Positions 20,249-28,169 of a stretch of 64,000 bases of DNA are shown in pieces. How positions within the stretch are numbered: the first letter of the stretch is position 1; each line of letters starts with the position of its first letter. Source of the stretch: Patescibacteria group bacterium (GTDB lineage Bacteria > Patescibacteriota > Minisyncoccia > Minisyncoccales > JAHCRE01). Under the pieces are notes generated by a model. The model did not search any database. It was given only the letters and a program-made list of their open reading frames with translations, and was not told the origin of the DNA. The position numbers were made by a program, and so were the translations under genes. The stretch is taken from NCBI GenBank assembly GCA_020148145.1, contig JAHCRE010000021.1, positions 2,538-66,537 on the forward strand, given 5' to 3'.

Positions 20249-21403
20249 TTAATTTTCTTCGTAATAAAACGGAGTTCTTTCATTTAATATGTCGACAGCT
20301 CGATAGTTCCCCTTTCTTCTTATATCAGCTTCGTATTTAACGGTTATCTTTTTTTCCTTTGTGAGTATTCCTACTCCATGGTGAGGTAAAAGTTCAGTTT
20401 CTTTATTAATAGCAAAAATACCTAAGCTTCCCGGCTTGGGAGTAAGAGTACATCTTATTGCCCGAGGGAGAAATTTCTCTTCAAGATTGATATCATATCT
20501 AGTTTTATGAAAAGCATAATATTTTAAGTCCGTTTCTATGGCAGTCTTATAAAGATCGTTTCTGATTTTTCTGAATTTGGCAGGTAATTCTTTATCTTTG
20601 ATGTTGAGATTGTAAACATCAAAGAGATCTTCAAGAGAATGGGCTCTAGAATTAATACTGGTAAATAAAGTAGGGAAAAGTCCTTCTATTTTTTCTCGAA
20701 TAATTTTGTTTCCCTTATTGAACTTCTTGGATATTTCTCTGAGGTTCTCTTTATACTTTTTTCTAAATTCAGGTAGTACAGTTGTGATTTTAGCTAAATC
20801 ATGGAGTCTTATAGTGTCAGTTATACCGAGTTCTTTAATGAATTCGTTGACATAGTTGCAATAGTTTACTGCTTCTCTTTTTGAAATACCAAAAAAATTA
20901 TGGAAAACTACCCCTTCAGTTAAAATAATAAACTTTGCCCCTGGCTTATAAATACTATAGATTAATTGAGTAATGTCAAATAACCTTAAGATAAAGCCTA
21001 ATTCTCCTAAATCAGGTTTTCTCCGCGTAGTTTTTAAAAGATTGGGAGACTTAAAAGGCAATCCCAAAATCGTAAATTCTATAGACTTTCTCTTTTTGAT
21101 AAAATAATCTATTCTTTCAGTAAGAGTTTTTCTAAAATTTTTGATATATTTTATTTTCCCCGCTCTTATTTCCGGATTTTGAAAAATTCTTAAAATATTT
21201 GAAGCAATATCAAGATTTTTATCAAATCTAAAATCAACATCAGATATTCTCTGGATCTTCTTGACAAATTCTTTTAACTGAAAATCCGAAATTCGAATTT
21301 TCTTAAGAGTTTTGTATTTTTTTTGCTCCAGCCCCACCTCAAAAGGTTGGATTGAAGAAATTAAAGAATGAACTAGTAATTTATTAAAGTAGTTTATTTT
21401 CAT
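20249..21403 (-). CDS. PvcA/DIT1 (isonitrile synthase family)-like protein, paralog 2
   Basis: ILGLPFKSPNLLKTTRRKPDLGELGFILRL...IYKPGAKFIILTEGVVFHNFFGISKREAVNYCNYVNEFIKELG and C-terminal RCTLTPKPGSLGI...LPHHGVG. These fit my recollection of the PF05141 core (LPAFPxKSPN...LPD.aE...Y.PGA...I.SDGxVF.DL.G..D..V..Y; RLSIHP...G.K.GI; TPWH). Confidence 0.6.
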   Translation of the reverse strand: MKINYFNKLLVHSLISSIQPFEVGLEQKKYKTLKKIRISDFQLKEFVKKIQRISDVDFRFDKNLDIASNILRIFQNPEIRAGKIKYIKNFRKTLTERIDYFIKKRKSIEFTILGLPFKSPNLLKTTRRKPDLGELGFILRLFDITQLIYSIYKPGAKFIILTEGVVFHNFFGISKREAVNYCNYVNEFIKELGITDTIRLHDLAKITTVLPEFRKKYKENLREISKKFNKGNKIIREKIEGLFPTLFTSINSRAHSLEDLFDVYNLNIKDKELPAKFRKIRNDLYKTAIETDLKYYAFHKTRYDINLEEKFLPRAIRCTLTPKPGSLGIFAINKETELLPHHGVGILTKEKKITVKYEADIRRKGNYRAVDILNERTPFYYEEN

Positions 21404-21435
21404 AATAGAAAGAAAAGAGAGGCTGAGGCCAATAT

Positions 21436-22593
21436 TTAATTGACATCAGCCTCCTTGGGTTTGTAGTAAAAGGGTTGGTCTTCTTGATCATCGTCAACAT
21501 AGACTGCTACGACTTCTCTATACCCTAATAGGATTCGTATTAATAGCGTTGCTAAATGAGTAATCTCGACTGGTCCCTTTGGTATTACCACAGGTATCCC
21601 ATGATGAGGAGGACGCACTGTTGGTATTCTAAAGCAAAACCTCTCTGGTTTATAAGTGATGCTGAAATATAAGTGCTGAGGAAATCGCTTAGCTATTATT
21701 TCGGTTTTCGCTTCGTTAAATGCTACATATTTCCATGCTATTTCTTTTGCTCGATCCCTTAAAAACGCTCTTAGTTCTCTATGGCGAGAAGTCATATCTA
21801 TATAATGATCCCCATAATAGATAACTATAAGATCTTTTAATGGAATCTTGGTTACATCTTGGGACCAGAACATTACCTCCACAAAGGGGTCTATCTGGGA
21901 TCGGTATCTAAACCACTCTTCTCCAGTTCTTCCTTCCTTTAGTCGTCTCAGATTTTCTAAAGATTTTTGATATCTCTCATTAAATTCGGGTCCTTCTATT
22001 GCTTTTTTGAGATCTTTGATCTTTATTATCTTTTCTCCTCCAAGAAGTTTAATGAATCTTTTCATTGTCTCTAGGTACAAAGCCACATCTTCTTTTGATG
22101 CCCCAAGTAAACCTCGATATGCTTCCCCTTCTGCAAGTACAGTCCATTCTATCCCGGGTGGATATTCAGTTTTGACAGCTTCGTTTATCTGTAAAAGTCT
22201 TTGAACAAAGATTAGCTCTCCCAGATCAGGCGTTCTCCGGTTGGTTTTTAATGGATTTTTGTAGTTCTTAAATGGCCAGGCTATAAAAATTATCTTGATT
22301 GGTTCTCCTTCTCCGACGAATTCCTCAATCTTATTTAGATAGTGAACTCTTTTTGTTGCCTTGTCAATGTCTCGGTCTCCGTGTTTCTGAAAGAACTGAA
22401 TTTGTCTCCAGATTCTTCTAATTTCTCCTTTCCTAGTTCCTGCTAATTTATTAGGAACCCAGAAAAAGCGCTGGTTTTCTTCTATCGCCTCCCTAATCGA
22501 TCTAAGGTGTTTGCTTGGTATCCTGTCCACCGACAGTCTTCCGTTTTTCATTTCTAACCCTTTTACCCATTCTTCTATTTTTCCTTTTCTCAT
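21436..22593 (-). CDS. PvcA/DIT1 (isonitrile synthase family)-like protein, paralog 1
   Basis: FIAWPFKNYKNPLKTNRRTPDLGELIFVQRL...EYPPGIEWTVLAEGEAYRGLLGASKEDVALYLETMKRFIKLLG; ...FSITYKPERFCFRI...RPPHHGIPV. Strong SD AAGGAGG 8 nt upstream of the ATG, which is unusual in this window. Confidence 0.6.
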   Translation of the reverse strand: MRKGKIEEWVKGLEMKNGRLSVDRIPSKHLRSIREAIEENQRFFWVPNKLAGTRKGEIRRIWRQIQFFQKHGDRDIDKATKRVHYLNKIEEFVGEGEPIKIIFIAWPFKNYKNPLKTNRRTPDLGELIFVQRLLQINEAVKTEYPPGIEWTVLAEGEAYRGLLGASKEDVALYLETMKRFIKLLGGEKIIKIKDLKKAIEGPEFNERYQKSLENLRRLKEGRTGEEWFRYRSQIDPFVEVMFWSQDVTKIPLKDLIVIYYGDHYIDMTSRHRELRAFLRDRAKEIAWKYVAFNEAKTEIIAKRFPQHLYFSITYKPERFCFRIPTVRPPHHGIPVVIPKGPVEITHLATLLIRILLGYREVVAVYVDDDQEDQPFYYKPKEADVN

Positions 22594-22633
22594 TCTATCT
22601 ACCTCCTTTTTAAGGTGCTTTTTCTCTGGAACT

Positions 22634-22657
22634 AAAAAACCCTCTTTTTAGAGAGGG
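22634..22657 (-). terminator. Intrinsic-terminator-like hairpin inside the 264-bp spacer upstream of the PvcA-like genes
   Basis: Minus strand reads CCCTCT-CTAAAA-AGAGGG followed by TTTTTT. It lies 41 nt upstream of the ATG at 22593. Confidence 0.5.
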
Positions 22658-22857
22658 TGGTTTTGGCTCAAAATCTGTTTTTAAAAACTTAACATATAAG
22701 ATCGATCCTTAAACCAAAACCACTCCTTCCAAAAAAGGGGTACCAATTAACTTCCCAAGTTATAATCTTTCTAAGGTTTCCCATACTTTTTAGTTTTTCT
22801 ACTTAATAACTTATCTTAATCAAGAATACTTGTCAAGAGCTTTCCAAATTACGATTA

Positions 22858-24561
22858 TTAGATTTCAATTACCACTGGTAATATCATTGGCCTTCTCTGA
22901 GTCCTGGTATATAAAAATTGACCGATTTTCTTTCTTATTTCATTTTTAACATGAGCCCAGTTAACTGCTCCTCCTGAACCAGTGGCTTTGTTAACAATAT
23001 CTATTACTTTTTTCCGGGTTTTTTGTAATAACTCCTTTGACTCTCTAAGATAAACAAACCCTCTTGATATTATATCAGGAGAACCCCTAACTTTACCAGT
23101 TTTTTTATCAACCACAGCCACAATGACAAACATTCCATCTTTGGCTAAAATTTGGCGGTCTCTCAAGACAACCTCACCCACATCACCAATTCCTAATCCA
23201 TCAATCATTACATAATTTGAAGGAATAGCCCTTTTTTCGATAAAAATTCTTTTTTTATTTAAATTAACAACCTGGCCATTTTCAGCTATCACTATATTTT
23301 TTTCTGATAGGCCCATCTCTTTAGCTAATTTGCCATGGTTAACTAGCATTGAATATTGTCCATGAATTGGCAAGAAGAACTTTGGTCTAATGATTTTAAT
23401 CATTTGCTTTAACTCTTCTTTCTGGGCATGACCCCCAGCATGAATATCCATCATTCTATAGTGGAAAACCTTAGCTCCTTGTCTTAAAATATTATCTTTT
23501 AAAAACTGGACTGTTCTTTCGTTACCCGGGATAACTGAAGAAGAAAGGATGACCGTATCTCCCCTTTTGATTCTAAGAGAAGGATGTTCTTTATTGACAA
23601 TTCTCATTAAGGCGGCTGATCTTTCTCCCTGAGCCCCGGTGCAAAGAATAGTTATTTTTGAGTCAGGATAATTTACAATTTCTTTGGTTAGAATTTTTGT
23701 TTTCTTTTTTATCTTGACATATCCCAAAATCTTTGAAATCTCAACATTAGTTTTCATTGAATAGCCTTCGATTACCACTTTCCTTCCATATTTCTCAGAT
23801 AAAGTAATGATTTGTTGAATCCGATTAATTAAAGAAGCAAAAGTAGCAGCAATAATTCGGCCGGTAGATCTTTTAAAAATTTTCTCTAAATTTTCTAAAA
23901 TTTCTTTTTCTGAAAAAGAATGACCTTCTTCTTCAGCTCCGGTGGAGTCTGACATCAATAGTAAAATTTTTCTTTTACCAATCTTTTTTAATTTCCAAAA
24001 GTCGGTTGGTAAATCATTTATTGGATTTTCATCAAATTTAAAGTCAGAGGTATGGAAAATATTTCCCACTGGGGTTTCAATAAACAGCCCTAAATTATCA
24101 GGAATATTATGATTCATTCTCAAAAATTCAATTTTAAAGGGACCAAGTTTTATTTTTGACCTATCTTTAATTTCGCGAATATTCAATTTTGGTCGGAGAG
24201 GAAAATCCTCCTGCCTTTTTAAGATAATCCCTCGAGTTAAAGGAGAGGCAAACATAGGCAGACCATCAATTTTTTTAATTAAATAGGGAATTGCCCCGAT
24301 GTGGTCGTAATGGCCATGGGTAAAAACTATCCCTAAAATATTTTTTTCTTTGCCTTTAAGATAAGAAATATTAGGGACAATATAATCAATTCCAGGCATA
24401 TCTTCCTCTGGTAACCTGAATCCCATATCAATAATTAAAATCTTCCTTTTGTATTCCAGGAGCATCATATTCCGGCCAATCTCACCCAGGCCGCCCAGAG
24501 GGATTATTCGGAGATTTTTTTGTTTCTTTGGTTTAGTCATGTTTATCAAATCAAAAATCAA
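22858..24561 (-). CDS. rnj: Ribonuclease J (metallo-beta-lactamase / beta-CASP)
   Basis: HGHYDHIG motif, beta-CASP region and C-terminal domain. 567 aa; the true start is possibly M8. Confidence 0.9.
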   Translation of the reverse strand: MIFDLINMTKPKKQKNLRIIPLGGLGEIGRNMMLLEYKRKILIIDMGFRLPEEDMPGIDYIVPNISYLKGKEKNILGIVFTHGHYDHIGAIPYLIKKIDGLPMFASPLTRGIILKRQEDFPLRPKLNIREIKDRSKIKLGPFKIEFLRMNHNIPDNLGLFIETPVGNIFHTSDFKFDENPINDLPTDFWKLKKIGKRKILLLMSDSTGAEEEGHSFSEKEILENLEKIFKRSTGRIIAATFASLINRIQQIITLSEKYGRKVVIEGYSMKTNVEISKILGYVKIKKKTKILTKEIVNYPDSKITILCTGAQGERSAALMRIVNKEHPSLRIKRGDTVILSSSVIPGNERTVQFLKDNILRQGAKVFHYRMMDIHAGGHAQKEELKQMIKIIRPKFFLPIHGQYSMLVNHGKLAKEMGLSEKNIVIAENGQVVNLNKKRIFIEKRAIPSNYVMIDGLGIGDVGEVVLRDRQILAKDGMFVIVAVVDKKTGKVRGSPDIISRGFVYLRESKELLQKTRKKVIDIVNKATGSGGAVNWAHVKNEIRKKIGQFLYTRTQRRPMILPVVIEI

Positions 24562-24636
24562 ATATTAAAAATACAGATTAAAATTCAAAAATTTTAAATT
24601 TTGATTTTTGCATTTTAAATTTAAGCGAAGCAAAGA

Positions 24637-24720
24637 TGCGGGTAGGAGGACTTGCACCTCCATGGGATTTTTCCCACAAGTTCCTGAAACTTGCGCGTCT
24701 TCTAATTCCGCCATACCCGC
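24637..24720 (-). tRNA. tRNA-Leu (anticodon CAG), class II with a long variable arm
   Basis: Minus strand GCGGGTA-TG-GCG..CGC-G-CAAGT-TTCAGGA-ACTTG-TGGGAAAAATCCCAT-GGAGG-TGCAAGT-CCTCC-TACCCGC-A. CCA is not encoded. Confidence 0.87.
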
Positions 24721-25296
24721 TCATTTTAAAAAATCTAAATTTTTTGGCATTTTTTTTAAAGGTTTTTTCCAGCGAAGTTTTGGTATTTTTTTATAATTTT
24801 TATTTTTTATCCAACCAGATTTTGTATAGTAATAGCAGGCTCCCTGTTTTTTTTCAAATAAACGATAATCGTTTTTACATTTTTTGTTGATCCAATTAGC
24901 CATTTTCAATTCAGAATTTGAAGAATTAATTGCTAAATGGCCGAAATTTGGTGAAACAACAATGAAATCACCCCTCTTGGCCTTAACTACATAGACATCT
25001 TTTACAACATTTCCTTTACACTTTTGCATCAAAAAGATTACTTCCCCCTTTAAAATAAAATAGATTTCTCCGTATTTATTAGAATGCTCATGACCTTTGG
25101 TTTTAACAAATTCCCTCCCTAACATTCTGGAAGGAATAGAGGTTATATCATACCTTAAACTATTTTTTTCTTTAATTCCTCTCCAGACATAATAAAGTTC
25201 AAAATTTTGAGCAGTTTTTGCCCACCTTTGATCATAGAGAACATTTTCCATTTCTTTTAAGAATCGGATTTTGGGTTTGGTTTTTACCATTTCCAT
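24721..25296 (-). CDS. Cupin-type glucose-6-phosphate isomerase (archaeal-type cPGI)-like protein
   Basis: TKGHEHSNKYGEIYFILKGEVIFLMQ ... VVSPNFGHLAIN resembles the cupin PGI motif (T.GH.H...E.Y..L.G.g..llq ... P..aHr..N). Confidence 0.65.
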   Translation of the reverse strand: MEMVKTKPKIRFLKEMENVLYDQRWAKTAQNFELYYVWRGIKEKNSLRYDITSIPSRMLGREFVKTKGHEHSNKYGEIYFILKGEVIFLMQKCKGNVVKDVYVVKAKRGDFIVVSPNFGHLAINSSNSELKMANWINKKCKNDYRLFEKKQGACYYYTKSGWIKNKNYKKIPKLRWKKPLKKMPKNLDFLK

Positions 25297-25315
25297 GCCC
25301 TCTTTGTCTTAATGT

Positions 25316-25507
25316 ACCAATTCGTCGCGGCACGCGTCCGAGCCCACAGATTATGTGCTCGGCGCTAACACCGCTCCTTAGAAACCCACGGTTTCTAACG
25401 CTCGCTTTCAGCTCGCTGTTTTCCTTCATGGGGACGCCACCCACCCACCACCCTCCCGCTTCGCGGGCCCCTACCCAGTTTCCCCGACCCCCTTTGTGAA
25501 AATTGGT
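25316..25507 (-). ncRNA. G+C-rich structured intergenic element A (unknown class; related to element C)
   Basis: Closed by the 7-bp inverted repeat ACCAATT (25316-22) / AATTGGT (25501-07). Internal hairpins: TTAGAAAC-5nt-GTTTCTAA (25377-98), CCGAGC-13nt-GCTCGG, CCCGC-GAA-GCGGG. Orientation is inferred from block sharing with element C. Confidence 0.4.
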
Positions 25508-25510
25508 CCA

Positions 25511-27565
25511 TTATTTCCAAGCCCTTCGTGTTCGGATATACCAATTTTCAATTCCTGAAAATCTTTTTGAAGGGTCAGTAATTATCTTTACATTTATTCC
25601 CCTTATTTCTTCAGAGACAAAATAAATATAATCGGGATTGCACAAAAATACAACCGGAGCATCACTAATTAGAATTTTTTGGAATTCTTGATATTTTTCT
25701 GCCCCCTCTTTTTGGTTTTGAATCTGGCGTCCTTCCTCCAGTAATTTGTCAACAATTTCATTTTCATAAAGGGCTAAGTTTAATCCCGGGTCTTTTTTCT
25801 GGGAGGAGTGCCAGAAGGGAAAGGGGTCGGGAAAAGCACCCAAAACTTCACCAAATAATAAAACCTCATAATCTCGCGGTTTAATAATATCTCTTTTCAG
25901 GGCGGAGATATCGGAAGTCTTGATTTCAATTTCTACTCCTAGGGCCCGCCACTGATTTTCCAAAAGATTGGCAATCTCTATTAAAAATGGCTGATTAACT
26001 GTTACTAAAGAAAATTTGAGCGGTAAGACTTCTTCAGGCGCTTCAAAACAAACTTCATTTAATTTTGCCCTAGTGGTTTTACTTACTAGGCCGGTACCTT
26101 TTTTAAACCCCCAAGGTTCCAAGATCTCTTCTTTGTATTTTTCCTGAAATCTGATTACTGCCTTTTTGGTCAAATCTCCAAAAAGACCGGTAATTTTTCC
26201 TTCAGGATAAACATTGGGATCTTTAGCTAGACATTTTTGAAGTTCTTGAACTTCTGTTCCCCGAGAACCTGATTTTAAGTCGCTTTTAAATTGAAAAGCC
26301 TTCTCTTTTTCAATAGTTTTTTCTCTTAGACCTTTTTCATTTTCAAGGAACCCTGCCTCATCTAAAATTTCTTTAGCCTTTTCAATATTAAATTGATAAG
26401 TTTTAGAAGGGGGTGAAAATCCATAAATTTCTGGTAAAATCGGGGAGTCGACAATTTTTCCTTGCCCTATTAGAATTTTTTCTACGATTTCAGTCTTGTT
26501 GGTTCCATAATTTAAGGCCTTTCTTACTTTTTTTTCAGCCAAAACCTCTGATTTTTCGGGATTGAAAAATACGGCAAAATATCTTGGTAGAGAGAGATGA
26601 TAATCTAAAAATTGATTCTTTTTTAAAAGATGGTAATTTTTTAGTGAAATAATTGAGAATCCTTTAATTTCTCCTTTTTTGATATTCCCAATTAAATCTT
26701 CTTCTTTCTCAAAAAACTGAAAAGAGATTTCAGAAATATTTGGAATTTTACCAAAATAATTAGAGTTTGAGGTTAAAGCCAGAGATTTTATAAAGCCTAA
26801 CTCGTCTTTTTTTACCTCTTTTAATTTATAAGGCCCAGAACCAATAGGATTTGAATTATAAATTGCTAAAGGAAAATTTTGGGGAGAAATGTCCTGCCAG
26901 ATATGTTTTGGCAAGATTTTTAAGGTTAGATTTTCGAGAAAGGCAGAATAAGGATTTTTTAGTTTAAAACGGATAGTAAAATCCGAGATTTTTTCAATTT
27001 CTACTCCCAGCCAAGCTGCTCGGAGGGGGCTTTTGTAATCAGGGTCTTGGATTGTTTTTATAGTAAAGATTATGTCATCGACTGTTAATGGAGATTTATC
27101 GTGCCAAGAGACATTCTTTTTTAAATGAAATTCGAAAACCCTTCCCTCTTCTTTAATTTCAGGATAATTTTGGGCTAAATCGGGAACAATCTGACCATCT
27201 TGGGTATACTTCATTAAACCGGAAAAAATGAGTTCGACTAAATCTCGATCGACATCTTTGGTTGGAGCATAAATTGGATTGATAAATCTTGGGAAACCTA
27301 CTACCCCTTCAATATAAACTCCACCCGAAGCAGGCCTTATTTCCGTATTTTTGAAATAAAAATTGATTAAAAGAAAAATAAAAGAACTAAAGGCTAAAAT
27401 TAAGAAAATAAAAAAAGAAATTTTTTCTTTTTTATTTAAAACTTTTAAAAACTGCCTCCACTGTAACTTAGAAGGCATCCTTCCTCCAACTTTCTTAGAA
27501 ATCGGGGACCACAAAAATTTTTTGAGAGAGTTTAAAAAAACCTTTATCTTAAATTTACTTGACAT
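25511..27565 (-). CDS. Membrane-anchored ABC-type substrate-binding protein (family 5, peptide/nickel-like) with an embedded peptidoglycan-binding-like domain
   Basis: N-terminal TM helix and overall SBP_bac_5-like blocks (GSGPYKL, LNYGTNK...). The insert GTEVQELQKCLAKDPNVYPEGKITGLFGDLTKKAVIRFQEKY resembles PG_binding_1. Confidence 0.7.
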   Translation of the reverse strand: MSSKFKIKVFLNSLKKFLWSPISKKVGGRMPSKLQWRQFLKVLNKKEKISFFIFLILAFSSFIFLLINFYFKNTEIRPASGGVYIEGVVGFPRFINPIYAPTKDVDRDLVELIFSGLMKYTQDGQIVPDLAQNYPEIKEEGRVFEFHLKKNVSWHDKSPLTVDDIIFTIKTIQDPDYKSPLRAAWLGVEIEKISDFTIRFKLKNPYSAFLENLTLKILPKHIWQDISPQNFPLAIYNSNPIGSGPYKLKEVKKDELGFIKSLALTSNSNYFGKIPNISEISFQFFEKEEDLIGNIKKGEIKGFSIISLKNYHLLKKNQFLDYHLSLPRYFAVFFNPEKSEVLAEKKVRKALNYGTNKTEIVEKILIGQGKIVDSPILPEIYGFSPPSKTYQFNIEKAKEILDEAGFLENEKGLREKTIEKEKAFQFKSDLKSGSRGTEVQELQKCLAKDPNVYPEGKITGLFGDLTKKAVIRFQEKYKEEILEPWGFKKGTGLVSKTTRAKLNEVCFEAPEEVLPLKFSLVTVNQPFLIEIANLLENQWRALGVEIEIKTSDISALKRDIIKPRDYEVLLFGEVLGAFPDPFPFWHSSQKKDPGLNLALYENEIVDKLLEEGRQIQNQKEGAEKYQEFQKILISDAPVVFLCNPDYIYFVSEEIRGINVKIITDPSKRFSGIENWYIRTRRAWK

Positions 27566-27571
27566 TTAAAA

Positions 27572-27787
27572 TCAGAGAATTAGATTCAAAAGGGCTAAGA
27601 TAATAAAAAGAACCCCTAAGATAATAGTAGCCCCCAAAAATTTTTTTTGGATACCCCGACGAGTAGCATAGAAACCACCGGTTTCACCAAAGGCAGAACC
27701 TAAAGCAGTCCCTCTTTGCTGTAAAAGAATAAAGATAAGTAAAAATATTGTAACGGTGATTTGAAAAATTGGCAAATAATTACTCAT
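27572..27787 (-). CDS. secG: Preprotein translocase subunit SecG
   Basis: 71 aa with two TM helices and LLQQRG..LGSAFG. Confidence 0.85.
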   Translation of the reverse strand: MSNYLPIFQITVTIFLLIFILLQQRGTALGSAFGETGGFYATRRGIQKKFLGATIILGVLFIILALLNLIL

Positions 27788-27793
27788 AAAAGA

Positions 27794-28138
27794 TTATTTT
27801 TTAATAAAAATTGAGACAATAACGCTTAATCCCCAGACAATAATTATAGTCCAAAAAAAGGATGTGATGCCAGAAATTTTTAGTTCAGGGAAGATAAAAT
27901 CAACAATCCAAACCATCCCCATGTTTATTATTAAAGTAAATAAACCAAAAGTTAAAATTCTGAGAGGCAGAAAAATTTTTTTCAAGATTGGCTTAATAAA
28001 AAAATTAATTAAGCCTAAAACCAGACCAGATAGGAGCAAAACTTGGAAGGAGCCGGTAAATTCTACTCCTCGGACAAATTTAGTAGCCAAAAAAAGACCT
28101 AAGACCCCAGCAATGATTTGTAAAATTAAATGCCTCAC
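27794..28138 (-). CDS. Four-TM membrane protein, phage holin family IV (YvlD/DUF360)-like
   Basis: 114 aa; the pattern LGL.NFFIKPILK..FLPL..LTFGLF.LIIN is typical of PF04020. Confidence 0.55.
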   Translation of the reverse strand: MRHLILQIIAGVLGLFLATKFVRGVEFTGSFQVLLLSGLVLGLINFFIKPILKKIFLPLRILTFGLFTLIINMGMVWIVDFIFPELKISGITSFFWTIIIVWGLSVIVSIFIKK

Positions 28139-28169
28139 TTATTGAGAATAAAAGATTTTTTAATTAATG

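Noticed and set aside
22700-22740. T-box riboswitch upstream of the PvcA-like/trpS gene string
   Set aside because: Only the UGGUACC heptamer matches. The flanking GGG...GCG of the T-box sequence, a specifier loop with UGG, and the AGAGA/GNUGGA stem I elements were not found. trpS also appears to have its own promoter-like sequence (TGTTAAAAT near 20190).
25218-25499. ORFs of 93 aa (+) and 70 aa (-, 25232-25444) inside element A
   Set aside because: These are Pro/Arg/Gly-rich translations of a G+C-rich hairpin-dense spacer with no start context. They are open only because AT-rich stop codons are rare there.
25316-25507. Element A (and C) as tmRNA, SRP RNA, RNase P RNA or 6S RNA
   Set aside because: I looked for tmRNA ends (GGGG...UUCGAC / T-arm + ACCA), the SRP domain IV GGAA/AGCA motif, RNase P CR-I/CR-V (GAGGAAAGUCC, ACAGAA..GGCUUA) and a 6S-type end-to-end helix. 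Only short, unconvincing resemblances turned up (GGAAAGCCCC; GAAGGAAAACAGC). The lengths are also wrong for RNase P and tmRNA.
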